From Paraspadella gotoi (taxonomy: Eukaryota; Animalia; Chaetognatha), in the NCBI GenBank assembly GCA_051294375.1, contig JBJCIZ010000408.1:24148-88147 (forward strand): a DNA stretch of 64,000 bases. Direction: 5' to 3'. Position 1 is the first letter of the stretch; the number at the start of each line of letters is the position of its first letter. Shown here in pieces: positions 47,131 to 61,279 of the stretch. Under the pieces are notes generated by a model, which saw nothing but the letters and a program-made list of their open reading frames with translations, did not search any database and was not told the origin of the DNA. Made by a program: the position numbers and the translations under genes.

Positions 47131-50075
47131 TTTCTAATGAACAAGTCGCGCTATTTTTATCTTTCTTTGTTTTTTTTATCTGAATTTTTTTCATTTCAAA
47201 AACTTTTTATTTGATTTTCGAAAACTTTTTCACAGTAAGGATATTTTTTTTCTTTGAATTTCAAGAAGGTTTTTATTTTTTGTTCTACTGCACTAAACAA
47301 GAAAGCATAATGAAAGCGATCGGCTACGCCATGGATACTCAGAAACAACAAAGGAAAGTTGTCGTAAAAATCAATTGTACCATCTTAATCCTACTTTTCG
47401 TCAAGAAAAGTTTTAAATTTTGATAAAAAAAAAATGAATTGGCGAAAGCAAGCGTTTGGAGAATAATAACAAAACATGCAATGAGGAAAGTGAATCAACC
47501 ACCAGTCAAGGTAGATAACAAACAAACAGATAATAAATAAGACCATGTAAAAAATCGCCTTTGTAATTGTAATCATCGAAGCCCTCTTGCCGTATGACTG
47601 ATCAGCGAATCAATATCTCTCTCTCGCTCTATCTCTCTCTCTGAGATCCGGATTGACAAAAACGACGATAATTTGAAGATAAATTAATTGTTTACAGTTT
47701 TGGTTATAGTTAAGGTTAGATTAGGGGATAGATATTTAGGTTAAGGACTTGCGTGGTTTTTCCAAAGCTATTTTGCAAAAAAAAATTCCTGCTTTCTGGG
47801 TGACTCAGCAAGAGAAAGAATTAAGCCTCCGACAGGATCGGGATCGACGGAAACGACGACGATAATTTGAACGATGGCGGAAGCTAATGCGACAATAGAG
47901 CGACAATTGAAGCAGCAAAAGAGACGAGTTTTGTGCGTCTGTTTGAGTCCGCTGCTTCAGGAGCCGCAGCAAGGGGGCTTCGATGAAAAAAAAAATCGCT
48001 TTAGCGATTTACTTTACTTGAATTTTGGTCATTTTTTTTCTGTCATTTTTTTCATCATTTTTCTTCTCTTACTAGGAGCTTTTTATTATTAACAGCAAGT
48101 TGAAAAAGTATGCAAGTTGAAAAAATTATTGAAAGTTGAAAAAATTATGCAAGTTGAAAAAATTATGCAAGTTGAAAAATTATGAGTGAAAAAATTATGC
48201 AAGTTGAAAAAATATGCAAGTTGAAAATATGCAAGTTGAAAAATATGCAGTTGAAAAAATATAGAAGTTGAAAAAATATGCAAGTTGAAAAAATAAGTTG
48301 AAAAAATATAGAGTTGAAAAAATATGCAAGTTGAAAAAATATGCAAGTTGAAAAAAAATAGAAAAAATTGCAAGTTAAAAAATGATGCAAGTTTAAAAAA
48401 TGATGCAAGTTTAAAAATGATGCAAGTTAAAAAATATGCAAGTTGAAAAAATTATGCGATTGAAAAAATTATTAAGTTGAAAAAATTATGCAAGTTGAAA
48501 AAATTATGCAAGTTGAAAAATATATAAGTAAAAAAAATTGCAAAGTTTAAAAAATGATGCAAAGTTTAAAAAATGATGCAAGTTTAAAAAAATGATGCAA
48601 GTTTAAAAAATTATGCAAGTTAAAATTATGCAAGTTGAAAAAAATTATGCAAGTTGAAAAATTATGCAAGTTGAAAAAAATTATGCAAGTTGAAAAAATA
48701 AATTATGCAAGTTGAAAAAATTATGCAAGTTTGAAAAAAATTATGCAAGTTGAAAAAATGATATAAGGTAAAAAAAAATTGCAAGTTTAAAAATGATGCA
48801 AGTTTAAAAAATGATTGCAAGTTAAAAAATGATGCAAGTTGAAAAAAATTATCAGATTTGAAAAATTATACGATGAGTCTGAAAAAAAATAATGCAAGTT
48901 AAAAAGATGACGCAAGTAGAAAAAATGATGCAAGTTAAGAAAATGAAAAAATAAAAAAATAATGAAGTTAAAAAATAATACAAATTAAAAAAAAGATATA
49001 AGTAAAAATATTGATGCAAATTAAAAAAATTATTATTAGTGCTACAGTAACTGTTTAATTTAAGCCCTTGAAAGCGATTTACATGTGGTGGCGCAGCCAC
49101 TGGTTAATTATTTGATCACATCTTGCATTTTTGGCAATGAAAATGATAATGGCGTTGACGACAATGATAACAGCGTTACTGAATGATTAATTAATTGATT
49201 GATTGATTGATTTAGGCAGATACGGCTATAAAAAGATTCCGAGTTTTCACCTCCATCTCCGCCTCTCAAAAAAGGGTTCCGTCAACGAGGACACCAAACA
49301 TCAGATTTCTTTTAATTTGAATGAAATGAAAAGAAATGAAACAGAAGCAAATTCTTTTTATTTTTTTCTCAGACAAGCTCGAAATTTTAATCTCCTCATG
49401 AAATCATGGAAGCACAGTCAAATTAAGTCTACTACCATAGATCTATCAATATTATCCGAGGTAAATTTCAATTTGGCAAACGGGATTGATATATATATAT
49501 TGTAGCAGTAGTATTATTTTATATATATATATATATTCATTTAATCCAAATCTTTAGAGATTGGGTAAGTTTTGATTTTTCAACTAATTTTATTATCTCG
49601 CATGACTGGGCAAAGCCCGTCTTGGAGAGATAAAGTGAAGGCCAGGCTTCTTTGTGACGTTGTAGTCGTCGTCGTCGTCACGCTTTTTTGCAATCGTTAA
49701 TTAATTTGAATTATTTATTTATTAATTCATTATTTAATTACCGATAATTATATAATTCAAGTTAATTAATTAATTAATTAGGCAATTAATTAATTAATTT
49801 AATCTCAAATGTTTGTTTTTAGGTCTTTTCATCACTAACCATGACAAAAGCAATGACGACGATGAGAATAATGCCGATAAAGATTGACTTGATTGATTGA
49901 CTGATTAATTAATTATTAATTTTTTGATTAATTGATTAACTGATTAATTATTTGATTTATTAATACATCCTGCATTTACATTTAATATAAAAGGAAAAAG
50001 AAGCATAATCAATTAGTGAAACAGGTTTTTTTTTCCATTTAAACTCATTTCCACTCTACCGATTCCATCGAAACT
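47131..50075 (+). repeat. Composite repeat unit (copy 3, 5'-truncated); 18-bp array at 48090-48940
   Basis: Starts at TCTAATGAACAAGTCGCGC matching 44097 onward; ends in HINE-like sequence. Confidence 0.85.
49590..49700 (+). mobile_element. 5' end of a second Helentron-associated-like family (hairpin + (GTC)n)
   Basis: T-run, TTATCTCGCATGACTGGGC-AAA-GCCCGTCTTGGAGAGATAA hairpin, then (GTC)n; copies at 27935 and 46375 (+), and 3690-3786 and 11870-11968 (-). Confidence 0.5.
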
Positions 50076-50336
50076 AGTCACGTGGAATAATGGATCTTGG
50101 AGAAGGAAGAGAACATTTTTTAAGTCACGTGAGTCATAGATGGCTCATTTTGAAGCGAATGGTCATTGATGGTCATATCTTAAAGTCACGTGGATAATGG
50201 ATCTTGGAGAAGGAAGAGAACATTCGTTAAGTCACGTCAGTCATAGGAGGTCATTTTGAAAGTCGAATGGCACTTGATGATCACGTGGATCTTGGAGAAG
50301 GAAGAGAAGTTCTTCAAATTGGCGTGGAAGTCACGA
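50076..50336. repeat. ~108-bp tandem repeat (about 2.3 units) rich in AGTCACGT(G) motifs
   Basis: Units start at 50076, 50184 and ~50280; shared GGATCTTGGAGAAGGAAGAGAA core. Confidence 0.85.
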
Positions 50337-50367
50337 GGTTAATGTGTGATCAGATACGGGTGGAGTA

Positions 50368-51807
50368 GAGGTTGGTCGAGATAAAAATGGCGAACAAAAT
50401 GAGATGAATCGATTTATTGAAATCAAGAAAAGCGAATGAATTCGAATTGGCTAATTGTACAAAGTGGCATTCATTTTTATATGGCGAGAGAGAAAAATTT
50501 GGTTTACATTTGTAAAGTAAACAATTCTAAAAATACTTCCAAATAAAGGTAACGTTTTGCGACCGGCGTAGAACAGAGGGAGCAAAAATATTCTTAGCGG
50601 GCATTGGAATTTTAAAGAATTCGGCCGGCTATTTTATTTACTTTCTTACTAATAATAATAATCAGGATCTCCACTCGGCCACGCACCAAAGAAAGCAAAT
50701 AAATGAGTATCAAATTAAAGCAAATAAAATTAAATTAAAAAAATGGCCATGTTTATAAAATAAAAGTACAAATCACAAGTAACTTCTTTTTTGGCCAGTA
50801 AACTAAATAATGCGAAAAAATACCAAAATGAAATTTTAATAATAATTTAGCAAATATAAGGGTAGCGTTGGTAAATCACACATGAAAATTCAAATTACGA
50901 AGTTCTGAATTTTATGAATCACGAAAGACATCCAGTTTTGTGCCATGAAGTTGATAGCACCCATAGAAACACAGTGAACAGCACAAAACGATGAGCACAC
51001 ATTTAGACTTTGAAAAGAGTGATGACGTAGCACGTGACGCAGATCCTCTGTGGCGATAGGAGGCTAACCAGGCTTATTTCTCCAGTACACGTATAGTGAC
51101 TACTGGTGGCATGTTGCCGCAACAACGCAAACATGATCCACTGGATCTCAATCATCTCCCCTCTCATCGCCGATCTACATGGCATTATTGCGTCCAAACT
51201 TGCTCATAGAACGTGACGCTGATGACCCAATAGATGACAACTATTTCATACGCAAAAATTTGATGTCGTTTTCAGTTGCAGAGACTTTAACGAAGCAGTG
51301 AGAAACGTTAGTCCAAATTTCGCATATCACTCAGTGACACAAAAAAAACAACCCATTTTAAGTGTCGTTTGCCGATGACGTTTTTCTCATTTCATTCAAA
51401 AAGTCCCAATGCCAAAAGATTCATCTTTTGCCATTTCTCAGACGCATCTTCTTTGTAGGATGTAATCCCACCAATTAGGTGGGACCCAAGCTGCCAATCA
51501 AGTGGAGGTGGTCGAGATAAAAATGAGACGAACAAATGAGATGAATCGATTTATTGAAATCAGAAAAAGACGAATGGAATCGAATTGGCTAATTGTACAA
51601 AGTGGCATTCATTTTTATATGGCGAGAGAGAGAAAAATTTGGTTTACATTTGTAAAGTAAAAATTCTAAAAATACTTCCAAATAAGGTAACGTTTTGCGA
51701 ACCGGCGTTTGACAGAGGGAGCAAAATATTTCTTAGCGGGCATTGGATATTTTTTAAAGAATTCGGCGGCTATTAATTTACTTTCATATTAATAATAATA
51801 ATCAGGA
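50368..51807. repeat. Pair of ~300-bp direct repeats (50368-50667 and 51505-51807) enclosing ~840 bp of unique sequence
   Basis: GGTCGAGATAAAAATG...AATAATAATAATCAGGA present twice, nearly identical. Confidence 0.9.
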
Positions 51808-51918
51808 CTCCAACTGTGGATGTGATGAAAAGATTGAGCGATGGAACAATGTTTTTTTGCTGCCTTGTTATATGTTAATAAAAATAATTAAGCCCTTTTT
51901 CAAAAAAAGATTTCAATA

Positions 51919-52322
51919 AAGTATCATTAATTGAATTTTTTTTATAGTAATATCTTATAAAATCATAAAATTTCAAAATCATATTTCTTTTAATTTTAAG
52001 AACAGTTTTGGATTCGCCGGAAAAAACTGAAAAACTTTTGTAAAATATGTTCTACATGATATTTTTAGGTTAAAGCTGCAAAAAAATTACAAAACGTTTC
52101 ATCATATAATAGTTTTTACTACAAAGTGTAAAAAGTGGAGAATTTGATCATTTTTTTTCCATTTTTGAGCTGGAAGACATTAAAATTTCTAATAACATAT
52201 TTTATATTTTTGATCTAACTTTTATAAAGAATCGAATCTTTATAAAAATTTAAAAAAAATTATTTTGAAAATTTATGATTTTATAAGAATATTACTATAA
52301 ATATATTGTAATTATGATACTG
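51919..52322. mobile_element. MITE with ~60-bp imperfect TIRs
   Basis: AGTATCAT...TATAGTAATATCTTATAAAATCATAAAATTTCAAAAT versus ATTTTGAAAATTTATGATTTTATAAGAATATTACTATA...ATGATACT; related end at 670-793. Confidence 0.7.
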
Positions 52323-55300
52323 TTCCTCATAACCAATATAAGCAAAATATTTTTTTGTACTCCTTAATCATACTATCTCACTCTAATATCCTTGTTTGAT
52401 CACTCAAATAAAATTTATGTTCCCCATGCTCCACTCTAGTGATCAGTCCTTTGAGATTGACTTGGAGGGATAAAAGGTGAAAGAAATATCGATCACTCGC
52501 AAAAAAAAATGGAAGGAGCTATTTTTTTCTCCACGTGCAATGAATAGTGTAGAATTATAGTTTGGCACTAAAATCAATCAAACTTGAAATGCAAAATCAA
52601 ATGGAGGTTAAAAATTTTAAAAGAAGAAATAAAGATATAACGAAAAGAACTTATAGGAAGACACAAAGTTCGTCTGATGGAAATTCAAAAAATGGAAAAT
52701 GAAAAATGAACTTTGGAAGAAGATTGGTGAGTACAGGAAATAAAAGTAAAATTTAATAGACTACGTGAAAATAATAGTTAAATGCTCTCAAAAGATGATT
52801 TGCTATGGATGTTTGTTCGTTCTTGTGTTTGTAATATTCTTTTTCGTAGATAATGCAAATGTTGCCCTTGAAAATTTAGGAGCTTTAAATAAACTCTTAC
52901 AAGATGTAAGGGAAAAGAATTAATTTCACAATATAATTTCACAGGAATGCGTTTTTGGCACAAGATAATGCATTTAATGAAGCTTCAAAGTAAATCCGTT
53001 AACAGGAGAGATGGAGAAGGAATCACCAAGAAGTTTTAATAAAGATATGTGAGAACTATTTTGAATGAAATTCGTGCTGTTTGATTTTTGACACTATGTC
53101 GCGGTGCACAGTTCGTGGAAAAGTTTATTCACGCTATTCTCATGCAAATTTTTTACCTTGTGACCAAAATTTTTGCTCTGTCTGATTACTAAATATGCTT
53201 ATATTTCGAACGAACATAGGCTCTCTGGGAAGATGGGTATCTAGCTAAGTAGGTACTAACTAGTCTCTCATCAGGGAAAAGAGGTAAGAAGTGGTAATGT
53301 ATGTAATGGTAATAGAAAACAGATATAACAAAGGTATCAAGGAGTACATAAAGGTCTCTCCCCAAGGTTTAAACCTTCCCGCAGATTAAGTTTCCCTGCT
53401 CTACCGACTAACTGGCTAACCGGCAAACCTCCCAACCCCCTAATTTTTTTCTTCCATCTTTCCTAATCTTAATTTTTTCATACTTAATGTTTTTCTTATC
53501 TTCCTCGGCGCCGCAATTAAAATAAAATTTCAACTCTCCCTCAATCATTTCACAAAAAAATTTCCCTGCATTGCAGCCAAAACACGTTAAAAAAAATTGT
53601 TTCTTCAAACTCAACGCCAAAGGAAAAAATACGAATAAGAACCACGCTCATCTCACACAAACAAGTAAGATCACTAATTCGCCTTTTTATTTTTAGCTAA
53701 TCCGGGGACATTTAGTGTTGTACTGTAACACAATAAAATTGTAATATTTCTCCCCTTTTGCAAGATTAATCCGGACATTAATGTAATTTTTTTTCTCTCA
53801 GTATTTTTTCCTTACTATTTTACTATCTCACCTCACTAAAATTCAATTTTGATAGTTTCGATTTTATTTCTATTTTTGCTTCACTGTTAATTTTAACTTT
53901 ACATCTGCCTCACTGTCTACCCGCACATTATTTCAACTTTAATTTTATCCGTTTCTTGTATTCTTACTAATTCCATTACTCAAACTCAATTATTCGCTTT
54001 AATTTCACTATTTCACTCAACTATTTCCATTTCATACGTTTGTGTATTTTTACAACCCCATGCTTTTCTATAATTCACTATTTCAACTCTCCCCATTACT
54101 AGTTTTAACTCACCATTTCCGACTTACTGATTCACGATTGCATGATTTTCATTGATTCACAAGTTTTTTCACTCACTTTTCGAATTTTTGTTTACTATTT
54201 CAACGCACAATTTCTATCTTATACTCTAAGAAAATACATCCCTCTCTCTTTACTTACCCTATCATCCTTCACCACCTCTTTGCTACCTCCCCCTCTCTCT
54301 CATCGATAGTTCGGATCACGCAATTCTTTTACTAACCCTCCCCTCCTTGACCCGTGAGCGATCTCTTGATCTCAGCATCTCTTTCTCTTTCTTCTTCCGG
54401 ATCCTCTTCTTTCTCTCATTTACTCCAAGCCTTTTTTCCTCAGTCCATTCTCACTCAGAGAGAACAGATCTGCGCAGAGAGGGAATGTCCATGTCTGACT
54501 CAAACGCGACTCTCTCCACCGCCTCTGCCCCTCACTGGGCCCCTCACTGTGCCTCACCCTCTCTCTCCCATTTTTTCGACTTCCAAACCCAAAAAAAAAG
54601 TCGTTGACCTCTCCCTTCTCATTCTCTCTCTGGACTTTGTCGTCACGTGATCAGGCATCGCTCCTCTCGCCTTCTTGAATGTTTCGTCCTCTCTCCTCTC
54701 TCTCTCTCTCTCTCTTTTTCTTTTTTTCTCTCTCTCCACGGTCAAAATCTCTCTCTTGCTTTTTGCTGATACACTTCACGTCGTACGCGACTTAGGCCAT
54801 CGCGAGAAACAAAAATACCAGAATCTACTGCTGTATCCCTCTGCCCTTGAAAAGTTCTCTGGCCGCTGAGTTTGCGACCCCCCTCTCTCTCTCTCTTCTC
54901 CCTCTCTCTTTCTCTCTCTCTCTCTCCTCTCTCTCTCTTTTTCTCCCTTTTCTTGTTGAAAATGCCATGATGAATTTCCCTCCTTTGGGCTCTTCTCGTC
55001 TATTGTCAATAGTAAACAATGTCATATTCCAAATACCTGACATTACATCTTCATGGGATAAGTCAGTTTTTTTCAATATTTGATTAGAAAAGACAATGAA
55101 AGTGAAGGGTGAAAATGAAAAATGTTCAGAGAAAAACGCCCATATCTCTTGCAAATCAAAGGCTCGAGAAAAACAGGCGGTTTTATGCACACAATTCAAA
55201 TTCAGTTAGAACCGAGCAAAAGCGAAAGAGTTTCCTTTTTAAGGCCACAAAGAGAAGAAAAAAGAAAAAGCGGAAGAATATATAAGATTGCTATTTTTGA

Positions 55301-58300
55301 AATTAATAACTAAATATTACCACATTAAAGTCCTATCAAAGAGCCGAAGTCGACAAGCGAAGCTAGAGTCCTAGAAGGGGTCAGAATCTTGCTGGAAAAA
55401 AGCTTACTTTCTGCCAATGCCTACCAAAATACCCTTAAATAATTCAGTAAAGTAAGTTGACTAGACAAAGAAGAGACGAAGAAAGACGCAAGTCTGGGTG
55501 GGGGAGGCGTGTACCAACGGTCTTTTAGAGTACAACCCTGCCCACAACGCACGGTCCTCTCCTCCTACATCCCTCACGCAATAGCACCCCTCTGACCTCC
55601 ACCCAGTGCCGATAAAGACAAGAGACATCCCTGACCTGTATAGAAAACTCACGAAAAGCCGCCACACGCAGCAAGCACAACCGGCAACTACTCTAACAAC
55701 ACCGGCACTTCCCAAATCCAATTCACAGCCATAAGCCCCTACCGCAGTAGAGAAGTTGCCGAACCGGTTTCACCCTGTAGTCTTTCCATATTACAACTCT
55801 AGAAAAGAACACCTGTACTAATAATAATTCTCTCTCCCGTGAGCGTCAACTCTCAACTCTTTTTGAAATTGCAACATTATACCGTGCGTCTATTCTTAAT
55901 GGAGCACCATGCATTGCCAATTCAGCCATCATTTCACCTCTGCTCCTCCGAATCTGCTTCTGCATCCTTCCATCATTCTCAATCCTTCTTCACCCACCTA
56001 TCGTCGATATCCGCCCCCTCTGCCCTCTCCTCTATACTCCGCGCGTGTCCACCGACTCTTAGATCACGATCAACATGTGAAAGGTAGGCTCTTGAGTGTT
56101 TGCGTCCGTAATAAATTCAATGCAGCACCAATTTAAGATTGATCTACTATGTGACGCCGCACCGCGCCATCATCCCCGAAGGCAGATGTCTTATAACCTT
56201 ATAGGGTAAGGAAAGCTACACACAAGACCGATGAGTGTGTGCCACGAAGAGGATTGGGGGATAATGTTTCCTTCATAATATCATTCCTCTGTCTCTATTT
56301 GATTGTCCCTTGCCTTCTTTCAGTCCCCGGGGGGAGACCACCGCCCACTCCCCCCCAAAAATATTGTGTGGTAAATATTCTCTATATATAACTTTCAGAA
56401 TAGGTCTAAAAAATAAATATACCCAACATGTCAAAGTCAGAAAGTCTCCTCCAAATGATGCTGCCAAGCTTACGCCGCAGTCAGCAACAAATTGAAGGAA
56501 AACGACAAAGAGCCATGGGATCTTGACAAGAAAAATACATGGAAACTAGGGGTGAAAGAAGACTCTCAGTTAGAATCAGGCAGGTGTAGTCTGCAAGCGA
56601 CACTCAACTTTAACCGGCCATCCGAACCTGCGCGGTATATATATGAGCTTCTTCTCCTTATTCAGGGATCACGCAATCTGCAACCTTCCAAGCTCAACAC
56701 ACAGACAACACAATGAAGCCAGAAGAGGACATCATCACATAAATGTAAAACATTAAAAATACTCTTTTATGTATTATACTACTCTCAGGGTATCTAATCA
56801 GGTCAATGTGTGTATACAATAGTTCCTGTTTTTCATGTGGAATAAAATAGCAATTACCTCTCCACCGCCTCTTCTCCTCTTCTCCCCCCCCCCCCAATTT
56901 GTTACCTTTGGGTTTTTTTTCCTTTCCCCAAAAAAAAAAAATTCGACAAAAAAACTAAATTATACTTAAACCAAATTACAATGGAGAGAGTCTGAAAAAA
57001 AAAATGTTCATACAAAATCTTTAATATTTTTTGATACAACGAAAATAATTCACAATAGAGGAGAGAAAAAAATTAGGAATCTTTGAGAAGAAGAAAAATA
57101 AAACAAAAGCGACAAAAAAAATTCACCACACCCGTCTTGGATCCACCCGACACACCACTTCCGCCAATGCTCACTTGGCCCCGCTGACGACATTCACCCC
57201 ACTCTGAAGCTGACGAAACCCACCATTTCGCACAAGTAAAATCCTCTCCCACGTGAGTCGCCATCCACCTGATCACCACAACTCTTACTGATGTGCAATA
57301 CCTACTACTTCTCACTTCAGCCCTAACACAGCCCGCTAGTGGACCCAACAGCAGGAAAGGCCCGACACAAAACGGGAACGTAGTTAAAAACAGCTCTAAC
57401 TTATGAACATGTATAGTTTATTGATATTTTACTCCTTCTTTGTATATCTTCTAAATCAATTATTACAATGTATTTATGCATCATAATTGCTTCTTCTATC
57501 ACCACATTGTCAATCCCTCCAGAGGATGAGAGCGAAAACACCAAATGCTAATTTATAAATGTTAATTTCTCCAATAACAATAATCCTGCGGGTCTTCTCT
57601 ATTGCCCCTATGCCTTTCCAATGCTGTCTTTCAAATTTATTGGTTTTGGCAGTTACTATAGAAAACTTACACACAAAAATAACTTCCCTCTCATGAAACC
57701 ATGAACGGCCTGAGTCCAAGTTCTACACTTCACACTCAATTTCTGAGATCAATGAATTATCTTACAAACCACAAAAAAGATCTCAAATATAATATGTGTC
57801 GTTCCTAAAAATAGAACCATTTCTTTCTTGTCGCTCTTTTGGTCTCTCCTTCCTTATGTGTGCTTTCTTTTCATTGATCTCTCGTTTTTCCTTTTCTTCC
57901 CTCCCTCCCCAAAGATATAACAACAATAAATTTTAGATCAAGCTTTATTCTCTATACTTACTAACAAAGGACACCAACTTCTATTAATTTTAACTTTTCA
58001 GAATAGATATAATTAAATTTTTTCAGGTAATTTTCTGTAGACATGGAACTCAATTTCCCTGGAAACAAAGATGCAGTCAAAACTCAACCAAGTCATTCAT
58101 CATACTTAGGTCCAGCCCTATCACGAGAATTACTATGTATAATGATTAAATAACTAAAGAAACACAATAGTTATGAGTTAACTGTTTAAAGGCACCGTTT
58201 CTTTTGCCTATGTTCCTTGCACGAATGTAATCACTATTTAAAAATGAAAGCAAAACAAAATGGAATAATAATAATAAACCACAAATACAAATGAAATTTA

Positions 58301-61023
58301 GATATTAAACTTCTTTATTTCCCAGTTATTCAACAAAAAGTTAAAACAACAAAAAAACAGGATCACGGACTAACTACCGACCCTTATTATCACTAATTAA
58401 CATTTATTTTAATCTTCCATTCTTCAATTCACTTATCCCAGTTAGGGTGGTATGGAGTTTTGAAGTTCTGTCTCTAGGTTTCGATATCTATATACGGTAC
58501 TCGTATTGCTGTGCTGTATGGTCGTACGTGGCCTCTTGATATAGAAACTGTCTTTGACTCCGGCAAGCGACCGCACCGAACAGATGGTCGTAACGGACTC
58601 TACTCGTGTCTCGCTCCTTTGGCTCGATAGCTCTCGGATGGGCGTCTCTCTCTTTTCTATTTACTCTCTCTCTCCTCCCCGGAGATCCGCACGGGGGGAT
58701 ATAGAAAATAAAAACAAAAAAATGTCCCTCTTACACGACTTCAACCTTATCTCGAAAGCGCATTCTCCGGCGAAAATCTCACAGTCCTCCTTAATGCTCT
58801 ACACCGCAGTAACAACGATCATTCAATACTTATCTTCAAAATAAACAAAACAAAGAAAGATGAATCTGAACAGCAGACAACTCCATGAGAAACCAGATAA
58901 CTTTCTTAGCAACAAAACTCTCTCTGTTCTCTCTTTTCTTATCTCTTTGTTATCTCTTTTTAATTTTCTCCCTCCACCACCCCCTTCCCTCTCACTACTC
59001 TGCCATCTTTATTAATTTGCTCATCTCATCTAAGATTTCTCTTCCTATGTAACTCTTTTTACTGGATTATAGGGGGTCGAGATTTTATTTTATTTCTGGA
59101 TTTTTGTATTATTTTTTGTTTATCTTATTCCTTAAAAAAAATAGCTAATTATATATAAAAATGATTCTATTCTTCCTCCACCCAATCGTGTAAATTATAG
59201 TTAAAACTAGATATTATAAAAAATCTCCTGTCCTTGTTTTTATTTCTATTATCCCAGAGCATTTTCTTTCTTAGTTTGTTGCTACATTTATTCTTCCTTG
59301 ATACAAATCTTTTCACCAAACATATAAATTTTTCTCGTTTCTGAAACTTTTAAAACAATTATTAATTTTCCTTAAAACGCTTCCTGTTTAAAATTTCATT
59401 GCGTTTTATTAATTTGTAGTGGTGTTTTATTGTAATCTCACAGTTATGATTCAATCCAAGTTACATAGTGGGTGGTTGGGTGGTTCTTTTCCGTCATGAT
59501 TTTCCTCGCTAAACTTTCTGCAGAGATTTGGCTTGATTTTTCCCCCCTTTATAACACTTTTTTAGTACATGTTCGCGATTTCCTTTGTAAAACCCAATTA
59601 TTTAGTTTAGGTGTGGCGGCGCTGAGACACACACAACAAAAAAAAACAAAACAAAAAAATTAAATATTTGATATTTAAAAGTAGTGTGCCTTACCCTCTC
59701 CCATGACAATATGTAAACCACTCAACCCAAAAAAGGCCAACCGCTCGCTGAAGATCTCAAGACGATAGAAACCAATTTCCTACCGCTTTCCACCCTCGCA
59801 CCAGCGTTTACCTCAAATCCACGAGGACTTTCAAGGCGGACTTCTCGGTCCCGCCCTCTCTGGACTTAGCACTCGTTCCAAACCAACCAATGAAGGCGTC
59901 GACTGCGCGTGAGAGGAGGGCTGAAGAGCGACAGGTGCGCCGCGGGCCGGCGCCAGAAGGCATCGGGCGTCGGCGACGGCGCCCGAGGCGCGAAGTCGCG
60001 CCGTGTGAGACCTGGAAGGCGTCCGCCTCTGCTCGGCGGCGTAGAGCCTTCTGCCAGCGAACTGCCTCGCGGCCGGCCGACACCAGAGGTGATGGGGCGG
60101 GGACGGACCAACAACTAGTGACATTAACAAAGCAATATCAATTGTGTATGGCTGTGTTCCCCTCCCGGAAAACACGAACCAAGAGAGGGGCAACAAAGAT
60201 AGAGGCTCACCCATACCGCCAAAAGCACACCCTCCCTCCTCCTCCCACGGCCTTCTCCTCTCCCCCTAACCCTCCACACGCCCTCCTCTCCCACTCGGGC
60301 GCCTCGGTGGGCGGTGCGGCGCGTGCGGCTGCTGTCGATGCCGCCGGGAGGTCAGCGCTAGCACGCTTTTGGAGATTCGGGACAGTGCTTCTCTCTAAAC
60401 TTCTCCTCTCGGTCTTTGGTGTCTCGTCCATAGCCTCCTCCCTCCTCCCTCCTCCTCCCCTTTTTATTGTTACCCTTGTATTACTCTCTTTTGTCCCCCC
60501 CCTCCTCACTCCTGCCTTCTCTCCCTCTCCCCCCAAAAAAGACATGACCATTAGGATAGGTACCCTACTTACCTCTGGGTTCCGCGTGATAGAAGAAGAC
60601 TAAAGTTAGTAAACCTACCATTTAAGAGCGTAGATGGACCGCGATCTGTCCCAGGCATACTTAAATATTAACCCTCCTTGGATGACTGTTGTTTCAGTCA
60701 GGTAAGATCGCAAGATAATCAAAATATTGTAAAAAAATTCAGGGCTAAAAGTAGCTTAAAACGGTGACAAGGAATTTCTTACCGACGTTATGTGTGAATT
60801 TTGATTCTGGGTGGGTAAACTTGTCGATTAAAAAAGAGAAAATATATTTCAAACTCAATTTACTACTAGAGATCAAGAGCTTATCTGTTTAAACCTATTA
60901 TTTTTCATTTAAATGGAAAAATATTAAGTGCATTATATCTCAATTAACTCTATAATATCTTAGAGATTCAGAAGTAAACAAAGAACAATAGTTGCTTTTT
61001 TTCTTGGAGTTGTGTGTGGTGAT

Positions 61024-61279
61024 TCATTGTTGTGGGCTGTGACTTGTTTTGGCGTTTAAGAAAGATCTAAAGGCATTTGTTTGGTGAGAGAAGGGTAGTC
61101 TTTGGGTAGAACTGTGAGGTATTAAATGTTCGGTATAGGAGAATGAGTTTAGAAAGTTTAGTATAGTAAATGATTTTTTAGATAGGATGTGAAGAAAGTT
61201 GAATATTGACATTTTCGAAAGAAGAATTTGAGATCCTTCGGTCGATGTAGAATTTAGTAAATAGAGGAACTGTGATGAC
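61024..61279 (-). pseudogene. Degenerate exon with C2H2-zinc-finger-like sequence and PLDLS (CtBP-binding) motif
   Basis: After a TATAG acceptor (61280): HRPKDLKFFFRKCQYSTFFTSYLKNHLLY* ... TKQMPLDLS*; first Cys read as Phe, several stops. Confidence 0.4.

Noticed and set aside
50368-51807. LTR retrotransposon or TRIM
   Set aside because: No TG..CA termini, PBS, PPT or TSD identified; kept only as direct repeats.
52561-52727. Coiled-coil-like exon with GTGAGT donor
   Set aside because: Needs several frameshifts in A-rich sequence and has no partner exons.
59890-60603. 237-aa plus-strand ORF
   Set aside because: Low-complexity Arg/Pro product of GC-rich DNA with several frames open; splice signals favour the minus strand.
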